From assembly GCA_964648855.1 (NCBI GenBank), contig CAZYLT010000051.1, forward strand, positions 1-5,188: a DNA stretch of 5,188 bases, in the 5' to 3' direction. The notes under the pieces were generated by a model that was given only the letters and a program-made list of their open reading frames with translations, had not been told where the DNA came from and did no database searches. The DNA comes from an uncultured archaeon. GTDB taxonomy: Archaea; Asgardarchaeota; Thorarchaeia; Thorarchaeales; Thorarchaeaceae. The position numbers and the translations under genes were made by a program. The stretch's first letter is position 1; each line of letters begins with the position of its first letter. Of this stretch, positions 1 to 5,188 are shown piece after piece.

Positions 1-50
1 AGGAATACCGGTCCCGCATCGTGAGAGATTTTCTCAGAGGCCTCGACCAT
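1..50 (-). CDS. 5' part of a hypothetical protein running off the left edge (MVEASEKISHDAGPVF...)
   Basis: ATG at 50-48 overlaps the TAA of the upstream ORF (TAATG coupling). The frame stays open to the window edge, but only 16 codons are visible. Confidence 0.35.
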   Translation of the reverse strand, partial: MVEASEKISHDAGPVF

Positions 51-265
51 TATGCCAGAGCCCCCTGTGCCTGCTTAGCATGTTCATTCAGTTGTTCTTC
101 TTCTGCCAGGGTGTCACTGACTGCATCTTTATGGTCTAGAATGAGATCAGTCGCATCCACCTTATCCAGATTCTTTCCCAGTTTCTTAGCGAGTAAATCC
201 ATGAACTCTTCGAGCTCATTTACTCGTGCCCGTCTTACTGACCAGTTGTAGTATTTGTTAGCCAT
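50..265 (-). CDS. Small hypothetical protein (71 aa), possibly ribbon-helix-helix DNA-binding
   Basis: Likely start is the ATG at 265 (MANKYYNWSVRRARVNELEEFMDLLAKKLG...), with GAGG upstream. A short beta-like segment (YYNWSV) is followed by amphipathic helices. It is divergent from the wHTH gene. The fold is inferred. Confidence 0.5.
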   Translation of the reverse strand: MANKYYNWSVRRARVNELEEFMDLLAKKLGKNLDKVDATDLILDHKDAVSDTLAEEEQLNEHAKQAQGALA

Positions 266-274
266 TTTCAAGCC

Positions 275-347
275 TCGCGAATCTCGTAATTCATAATACA
301 TGATTTATTTGCCCAGTCATATTTAAGCCTATCGCGAATCTCGTAAT
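275..347. repeat. Perfect 16-bp direct repeat TCGCGAATCTCGTAAT x2 (275-290, 332-347), 57-bp period
   Basis: Read directly. Both copies are also preceded by AAGCC (270-274, 325-329), extending the similarity to about 24-26 bp with a 2-nt indel. Confidence 0.9.
320..327 (-). promoter_or_regulatory. Candidate archaeal TATA box (CTTAAATA) for the leftward transcript
   Basis: AT-rich box between the two direct-repeat copies, upstream of the ATG at 265. Motif match only. Confidence 0.3.
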
Positions 348-398
348 GCGTAATCGATGTGGGAAATGTCTTAATTGTGAGGGGATGGAAAATAAAAT

Positions 399-701
399 AT
401 GTCGAGCGATGATTCAATACTCGAATTTCTTGAACAAACATCAGCTCTTAGACTGCTCCATAGAATTGGAGATAGGGACAGGTATGTCACAGAACTCATT
501 AGAAGTACCAATAATCCAAGCGGAATTGGGAGTGAAGGGGCAATAAGGAAGTCCAGGGAGAATCTTATAGCAATAGGGTTAATGGTCGAAGAAGTCGAGA
601 AAGACCCACCATATAGAACTATGCTCAAAGCAACAGAGAAGGGAAAGAAAGCAGCTGAGATAGTTGGTAAATTGTTGGCCCTAGTTGACTCTAGCCAGTG
701 A
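399..701 (+). CDS. Winged helix-turn-helix transcriptional regulator (MarR/HxlR-like, 100 aa)
   Basis: Recognition-helix/wing pattern 'AIRKSRENLIAIGLMVEEVEKDPPYRTMLKATEKGKKAAE' matches the L..GL...R...(L)TEKG wHTH signature of small archaeal and viral regulators. GAGGGG lies upstream. Confidence 0.8.
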   Translation: MSSDDSILEFLEQTSALRLLHRIGDRDRYVTELIRSTNNPSGIGSEGAIRKSRENLIAIGLMVEEVEKDPPYRTMLKATEKGKKAAEIVGKLLALVDSSQ

Positions 702-884
702 GTATCTTCGCAGTTCCATCCCCGCATCTCTCTGCAGGTCGTCACCGAGTACTTTTTTCAGGTCCTGCACGAACTGGGTGATATCGTGCCCACGCTCCTG
801 GTGCCGTGTCGCCAGCTCCAGGATCATGTTTGCGGTCCGTATCCGGATGAGCCGAGCGTAGTGTCTTAGGTCTTGGTGGTTCAT
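681..884 (-). CDS. Hypothetical helical protein (67 aa)
   Basis: GGTAGGA upstream of the ATG and natural-looking amphipathic composition. It overlaps the convergent wHTH gene by 21 bp. No family recognised. Confidence 0.45.
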   Translation of the reverse strand: MNHQDLRHYARLIRIRTANMILELATRHQERGHDITQFVQDLKKVLGDDLQRDAGMELRRYSLARVN

Positions 885-936
885 TCTGTCCTACCGACAT
901 TGTGTTGGAGGCCGTCCCTCTTAAGGTCACCATGAA

Positions 937-972
937 ATTTACCAATGCTAGAGATAGGCAGTATTGGTAAAT
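937..972. repeat. Inverted repeat ATTTACCAATGCT-N10-AGTATTGGTAAAT
   Basis: 13-bp arms (937-949, 960-972) with one mismatch (G-U on the + strand). Confidence 0.85.
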
Positions 973-983
973 CCCACTATGCA

Positions 984-1005
984 AAAGTTGGCGCGCGCCA
1001 ACTTT
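984..1005. repeat. Perfect 22-bp palindrome AAAGTTGGCGCGCGCCAACTTT
   Basis: Read directly. It extends imperfectly to 978-1010. Confidence 0.95.
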
Positions 1006-1035
1006 GAATATGCCTCACCTCTAATAAAATTGTGT

Positions 1036-1061
1036 TTATTTACACATCATGGTGTAAATAA
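1036..1061. repeat. Inverted repeat TTATTTACAC-N6-GTGTAAATAA abutting the cysH stop codon
   Basis: Perfect 10-bp arms (1036-1045, 1052-1061) with a 6-nt loop. It begins at the first base after the TAG (1064-1062). Confidence 0.9.
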
Positions 1062-1784
1062 CTACTTTGTGTCGTTTCGGAATCGCCAGGACAGAATTCC
1101 ATCAACGAACGGAGACCCAAACCGTTCCATCTCCGAATCGAAGAAGGTGACAAATCGGTTCTTCTCAGAATCGTACCCGCCCTTCATCGTGGCATAGTCA
1201 TCGTAGACAGAGTGATAGGGAATCTCGTTCGAAACTATGTATGCCCAGCAGTCGCCAGCCGTCCAGTCACGAAGAGGATATAGCAGTGGCAGCTTGGTCG
1301 CTGAGTCGCGTTCTTCGTAGTTCTTACTTCGGATTGCACGCCCCTTCGATTCACTTGCCCGCATGCCAGTCAGCCCACAGTCCCGTTCTAGGTCCTGGCT
1401 CATCTTTCTCAGGGTCGCGAAGAAGGCCCTATATCCTAGCGAGCAGTCGTCTCTTGCATCCTTGCCACCTGGACGATGATATACATGTAATTCTGCTTTT
1501 GAGCCGCTTATTATATCCTCAGCGTTGTGAATGATCTCTCGGGCATAGGGTCTGGGAACCAGCCATGGCCCATAGTCCCAATGCCATACAACAAGTCCCA
1601 CGTCCCAGAATTGAAGCGCAAGGTCTAACAGAACGGTAGAGTCCTTTCCCCCAGAGAATGCGACGTATGGAGCATCAAACCTATTTGACCAATGTGATAG
1701 GCGCGTACGGCTCTCAGACACTAATTCTTTGAATCGTGGACTCTTCGCCCATAGCAGAAATTTTTGACGGTCTAGTGTATTCAT
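1062..1784 (-). CDS. cysH: CysH-like PAPS-reductase-family (PP-loop) protein associated with type IV-B Cas, 240 aa
   Basis: Motifs YVAFSGGKDS (PP-loop), TGMRASES..R and LYPLRDWTAGDCWAYI...IPYHSVYD. GGTGA RBS 9 nt upstream of the ATG. Last cas-associated gene of the operon. Confidence 0.9.
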   Translation of the reverse strand: MNTLDRQKFLLWAKSPRFKELVSESRTRLSHWSNRFDAPYVAFSGGKDSTVLLDLALQFWDVGLVVWHWDYGPWLVPRPYAREIIHNAEDIISGSKAELHVYHRPGGKDARDDCSLGYRAFFATLRKMSQDLERDCGLTGMRASESKGRAIRSKNYEERDSATKLPLLYPLRDWTAGDCWAYIVSNEIPYHSVYDDYATMKGGYDSEKNRFVTFFDSEMERFGSPFVDGILSWRFRNDTK

Positions 1785-2478
1785 CAGCCAATTTCACCAT
1801 CCCAAACCCCATGCTGTTCTTCTGTCCAAGTCCTGCCTGCAGGAGGAAGTCAGATATCGCATCATCACTCTCAACAGTGACAGTATAGTCATAGCTTATG
1901 AACCATCCTCCCTTTACGTGGATGCGTTTCCGTCTCACCTGCTCGAATCCCAATACTTCAAACTTTGCCCTGGAGCCGGTGATATCTCGATAGCGCTTCA
2001 TGGTGAAATGAATTAACAGGTCCGCGTAGTCATCATCTTCCGGCCCGATATGCCACTGTTTGTCTAAGTCCACCCGATATTTCCGGATTAATACAGGAGA
2101 CATGGTCTGAAGTCGATACTCGCCACTCATCTTCAAGCTGGGAACCGTCTGAACGTCTTTCACCCTGAAGTCCAGGGAATGAATTCTGATTATATTGGAA
2201 TCCTTGAATCCAACATAGATTGCATTTGAAATCTCCTCAATCGGACTCGAAATATGTAATTGGACCGTATCCGGAACCATCAAGCAGCCCCTCTGAGGAA
2301 TAAGACCCATGAGGCGAGAGAACACGAAGTGATGATACCCTGAGCGCTCATAGATGTGTCCAAGGCCCTCAGCCCGGAGGAGCGCATGAATCAATGAGGA
2401 CACGGAGTGATTGTACTCATATCCAATCATTGGTCGAGGGATTCGTTCATGAGGACTCAGCCAGACAATAATCCTCAT
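1714..2478 (-). CDS. cas6: CRISPR-associated endoribonuclease Cas6 (254 aa)
   Basis: C-terminal G-loop GLGQKNSMGFG (GhGxxxxxGhG), N-terminal YNHSVSSLIHALL, FVFSRL, HISSP and TMSPVL motifs. The ATG at 2478 overlaps the csf3 stop (ATGA). Confidence 0.92.
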   Translation of the reverse strand: MRIIVWLSPHERIPRPMIGYEYNHSVSSLIHALLRAEGLGHIYERSGYHHFVFSRLMGLIPQRGCLMVPDTVQLHISSPIEEISNAIYVGFKDSNIIRIHSLDFRVKDVQTVPSLKMSGEYRLQTMSPVLIRKYRVDLDKQWHIGPEDDDYADLLIHFTMKRYRDITGSRAKFEVLGFEQVRRKRIHVKGGWFISYDYTVTVESDDAISDFLLQAGLGQKNSMGFGMVKLADEYTRPSKISAMGEESTIQRISV

Positions 2479-3242
2479 AGTTCGACATTCGCCCCTGGAG
2501 GAGCACATAATGCTACGTTTTTCTTATCCCAGAATGGAGGGCGCCATGCTAATCGGACCTGGTCGTCATACTTCTTCAGTAACCGCACAGGAATGGGACG
2601 CATAGCAACCCCATCATCATCAACCACAGATAGATCTACATCGTGCTCTTGCACGTCTATTGATTTCACTGCACCAAACCCATATGCTGCCTTCTTTCCT
2701 AGATATTGCACATGTGATAGTAATTCCTGTACTCTTTCGATATCGCCACATGCAAAGAATCTAACTCGTTTCACCGGGAGATATGGCAGAGTCATCATGT
2801 ACATCTTATATCGCCCCCGATTTATCTGTACATACCGTTTTCGCCCCCGATTTATCATTTCAGAATGTCTTGAGTCAAAGCGCTTGTAGACGGTGGTATT
2901 GGTCCATTCGGATTCGTTAGCATCAAAAATGCTCACGCTGGCATGCCACATCTCGCCAGTCGACTTGAGCGGCAGAGGGATTTTCACCGGAACGGGGAGC
3001 TTCCCAGGAAGGAGCCAGTAGTCCGCTCCGAGGAGATTGCGAAACACAAAATGAGCTATGAGCCCATCAAGATGCAGCCAGGGATGTCCCATGGCCATGG
3101 GTGCTGCCATCTCAAATGAGATCTTCATCGGAATGAGCTCATCTGGCTTCTGAGCTCGTGCGAGTTTGTCCTGTACGCGAGCTATGAGGTCACGTTCATC
3201 CGAGAGCTGTTTCGAGGCTCTTGATTGTCTTGAGGATCTCAT
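2475..3242 (-). CDS. csf3: Type IV Cas5-family subunit Csf3
   Basis: PMKISFEMAAP...PWLHLDGLIA, IPLPL, WHAS, FFACGDIERVQELL, G-loop LGKKAAYGFGAV, RPIP and RPPFW motifs. The start is uncertain: 3242 (GGAGG 9 nt upstream), 3248 or 3128. Confidence 0.9.
   Translation of the reverse strand: MRSSRQSRASKQLSDERDLIARVQDKLARAQKPDELIPMKISFEMAAPMAMGHPWLHLDGLIAHFVFRNLLGADYWLLPGKLPVPVKIPLPLKSTGEMWHASVSIFDANESEWTNTTVYKRFDSRHSEMINRGRKRYVQINRGRYKMYMMTLPYLPVKRVRFFACGDIERVQELLSHVQYLGKKAAYGFGAVKSIDVQEHDVDLSVVDDDGVAMRPIPVRLLKKYDDQVRLAWRPPFWDKKNVALCAPPGANVEL
2811..2856. repeat. Intragenic 16-bp direct repeat TCGCCCCCGATTTATC x2 (2811-2826, 2841-2856)
   Basis: 30-bp period and in frame. It encodes INRGR twice in Csf3. 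Confidence 0.9.
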
Positions 3243-4017
3243 TGTCATTTTCCTCCACAAATGATAGATACTCGTCGCTCTTCGGAAATCCCTTCGGCCA
3301 GTCGTACTCGATCTTAACCTGTCCGAACCCAGTAGCACTTCTACCACCGATATGGGGGTCTTGCATCCACAGGTCCACCATGTGTCTCAGGCAACTTGCC
3401 TCAAGTTCATCATGATCCAGCAAGGTAAAAGAATGCTCGAATTTTGTTCCAGGGGCAAGCGTCTCGAATGTGATCATCATCTGCACGGCCTGTTCATCAG
3501 CCTCCCTCTGTTTCAAATCATCCTTTCGGGTCTGAAATGAGTCGTCTAGTAACTCATAGAATGACCGGTCACTCTGCAGATGCTCTGGATGGTAGGGATT
3601 CAGTTCACTACATACCGGAGTAGCAATCCCCACCTGCATCTTTCCCGATATCACTTGATTCAGAATGGATGCTCCTAGTAAGGATAATGGTGGAATCATC
3701 GTTCGGATCGATTCTCTCATCTCCAAGTCGATCCGTCCGGAGCCAGTTCCCACCTCCTCAAGGATTCCTCCAGCGAACAGCATATGATACATCTTGATGG
3801 TTGGTTCGTAGTCGATACGCCGACTCAGGTCTGAAAATGCCCGTCGTCTCAATGGCCCACGTATGGCATTTCCGCTCACTACAGGTACCTGCATGATCTC
3901 ATCATCCACGAGATACTTCATCCTGCGGATCATGACCTCGCTTCCTGTCTTCTCGTCTCCTCCGTGATGAATTGGACTCATCGCGGTGAGCACACCGTTA
4001 ATCTTTGTTGTCTTCAT
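3196..4017 (-). CDS. csf2: Type IV Cas7-family backbone subunit Csf2 (273 aa)
   Basis: LTAMSPIHHGG, VPVVSGNAIRGPLRR, LFAGG, PPLSLLG, QMMITFETLAPGT and G-loop IGGRSATGFG. GGAGG RBS upstream. Confidence 0.93.
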   Translation of the reverse strand: MKTTKINGVLTAMSPIHHGGDEKTGSEVMIRRMKYLVDDEIMQVPVVSGNAIRGPLRRRAFSDLSRRIDYEPTIKMYHMLFAGGILEEVGTGSGRIDLEMRESIRTMIPPLSLLGASILNQVISGKMQVGIATPVCSELNPYHPEHLQSDRSFYELLDDSFQTRKDDLKQREADEQAVQMMITFETLAPGTKFEHSFTLLDHDELEASCLRHMVDLWMQDPHIGGRSATGFGQVKIEYDWPKGFPKSDEYLSFVEENDNEILKTIKSLETALG

Positions 4018-4021
4018 TTTT

Positions 4022-4363
4022 TCATTCCTCCAGGGTGTCTATAGCTGACGGCCCTTGCTGGGCTAATAGCGTCAGCACCACGCTTTGTGTTCGTAGAACA
4101 TCCATGACATGTTTCTCCTCTTGCTTGAGCCGGTTTACTAGCCCCACAGGGAGATTGAGGGATTGTAGGGAAAGCCCTTTGCAGAGCCTCTCTATTGCCT
4201 CAGCTATACCACCTTGATATCCCGCCTTCTTGAGCCGGTGTTGGAATATGTCCGTGGCTCGTCGTGTCTTGGAGGTCCCCATTCTCTTCCAGTCTACTCG
4301 TTTCCATGCCTCGTGCAAGACTACCGCCAGGTCACGGTAGACAGGATCATCTTTGAGACTCAT
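4022..4363 (-). CDS. cas11: Cas11-like small alpha-helical subunit (113 aa)
   Basis: The ATG at 4363 overlaps the csf1 stop (ATGA), with GGAG upstream. Small, helical and basic, located between csf1 and csf2 where IV-B/IV-D loci encode Cas11. Assigned mainly by size and position. Confidence 0.75.
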   Translation of the reverse strand: MSLKDDPVYRDLAVVLHEAWKRVDWKRMGTSKTRRATDIFQHRLKKAGYQGGIAEAIERLCKGLSLQSLNLPVGLVNRLKQEEKHVMDVLRTQSVVLTLLAQQGPSAIDTLEE

Positions 4364-5046
4364 TTCTTTTTCATCTCCGTCTTTGTTGGAATCATCACAC
4401 TCACTACAGCCTTGGTCAGGCCATCGAAGCGATGTGTCTTGAACCATTCGTAGAGGCGAGGACGCTCCAAAGCCATTTGCCCTTCTTGTTTCAATACCGC
4501 CTCGTCCTTTAGCCACAACCATCTCCCCTTCCACATCTTCTCTTTGCTCCCACCAATAAAGACCGCTGCATCCCTGGTGAGTTCAATAGTTTCATCAATA
4601 AGCTCCTTGGTGACCGGATATTCCTCATCGTCCACGGTCAGCACAAACCGATTTCTGGAGGTATTGACATGTGTCTGGATCCATCCATGCTTACGATAGC
4701 TAAGTGAGATATAGAGAGCCCATGGTGGGTCAGGAACTTGTGTCAAATATGGTCGGACTTCAGCTCGTGATAAAAATGTGAAATCTTTCTCTGTCACCAG
4801 CCAAGATTTTCTTCGATAGTTTGCTGTCTTCAACATGTGCCAACAAGGAGGGCATATGTTCGCCCCCTCTTGGAAGTGTTCCCATGCAGTGAATGTCTTC
4901 GGCAGCTTGATTCGATGACCATTTTCGGTATAGATTCCACAGATGGAACAATCTCCGGGAATCTCATCCGTCGGTAGGTCAATAGAGCGCTGTCTGCAAA
5001 CAAAGTGAGATACTGAATGTAGCAATCGCTGATCAGATTTCAACAT
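4360..5046 (-). CDS. csf1: Type IV large subunit Csf1 (Cas8-like, Zn-finger), 228 aa
   Basis: CSICG...FTAW...ICPPC zinc finger followed by VPDPPW...SYRKHGW, typical of Csf1. First gene of the operon. Confidence 0.88.
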   Translation of the reverse strand: MLKSDQRLLHSVSHFVCRQRSIDLPTDEIPGDCSICGIYTENGHRIKLPKTFTAWEHFQEGANICPPCWHMLKTANYRRKSWLVTEKDFTFLSRAEVRPYLTQVPDPPWALYISLSYRKHGWIQTHVNTSRNRFVLTVDDEEYPVTKELIDETIELTRDAAVFIGGSKEKMWKGRWLWLKDEAVLKQEGQMALERPRLYEWFKTHRFDGLTKAVVSVMIPTKTEMKKK

Positions 5047-5071
5047 GATATGATATTGAGTGTAGTAGTCG

Positions 5072-5079
5072 CTAATAAG
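5072..5079 (-). promoter_or_regulatory. Candidate TATA box (CTTATTAG) for a near-leaderless csf1 transcript
   Basis: Lies 26-33 nt upstream of the csf1 ATG, and csf1 has no SD. This matches archaeal leaderless geometry. Confidence 0.35.
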
Positions 5080-5091
5080 TGATTCGATTTC

Positions 5092-5130
5092 AAATAAAAA
5101 GAGAAATACTGAGGACTGCGGCTAGTCCTC
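5092..5130 (-). terminator. Hairpin plus U-rich tract ending the upstream gene
   Basis: Minus strand GAGGACT-AGCCGC-AGTCCTC (7-bp stem) followed by AGTATTTCTCTTTTTATTT. It overlaps the TAG at 5124-5122. Confidence 0.55.
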
Positions 5131-5187
5131 TACGAAACTGATGTGTAGAGAGTCGAACTCGGTGTCGTTAAAGTCCCCGACCACAAC
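5122..5187 (-). CDS. 3' end of an upstream gene (...VVVGDFNDTEFDSLHISFVED*)
   Basis: Open frame from the right edge to the TAG at 5124-5122, followed by a terminator-like signal. Too short to identify. Confidence 0.45.
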   Translation of the reverse strand, partial: VVVGDFNDTEFDSLHISFVED

Positions 5188-5188
5188 G

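Noticed and set aside
1036-1061. dif/Xer-like site (arms around a 6-bp spacer)
   Set aside because: In dif sites the ATAA/TTAT motifs flank the spacer, whereas here they are at the outer ends.
1062-1784. Sulfate assimilation gene
   Set aside because: It lacks the catalytic Cys motif, has no cys neighbours, and is coupled to cas genes.
4364-4534. Long N-terminus of the 170-aa ORF (similarly 2479-2508, 3249-3347 and 266-301)
   Set aside because: These extensions overlap upstream genes or regulatory DNA. Internal ATGs with stop-start coupling or an SD are better starts.
21-4951. Alternative ORFs 21-251, 346-546, 371-745, 742-984, 964-1197, 1241-1534, 2407-2889, 3221-3415, 3352-3540, 4005-4217, 4214-4453 and 4760-4951
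   Set aside because: Antisense or out-of-frame shadows of better-supported genes or of the hairpin region, with no recognisable motifs.
5109-5150. Hammerhead-like words (CTGAG, CGAAAC, CTGATG) among hairpins
   Set aside because: Order and spacing do not form the three-stem CUGANGA/GAAA core. Better explained as a gene end plus terminator.
5122-5187. VVVGDFND resembles the exonuclease/endonuclease/phosphatase (EEP) motif
   Set aside because: The frame stops 14 residues after GDFN, without the downstream catalytic D/H motifs. Too little sequence to call.
1-5188. Canonical CRISPR array, cas1/cas2, dinG, recD, cas3 or cas10
   Set aside because: No three or more regularly spaced repeats and no motifs for these proteins inside the window. 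They could lie outside it.

Overview
Most of the window (1062-5046, minus strand) is one tightly packed type IV CRISPR-Cas effector operon: csf1 (Cas8-like, Zn-finger) - cas11-like small subunit - csf2 (Cas7) - csf3 (Cas5) - cas6 - cysH-like PP-loop protein. csf1/cas11/csf2/csf3 plus cysH defines subtype IV-B, which normally has neither Cas6 nor an array. Here a full-length Cas6 is embedded between csf3 and cysH, but no multi-unit CRISPR array is visible. Directly after the cysH stop is a ~175-nt non-coding stretch dense in inverted repeats (candidate RNA cargo or Cas6 substrate). Further left is a divergent pair of small putative regulators (wHTH and RHH-like) separated by a 16-bp direct repeat, as seen in archaeal viruses and plasmids. 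All family calls are from motif recognition by eye; the archaeal and mobile context is inference.
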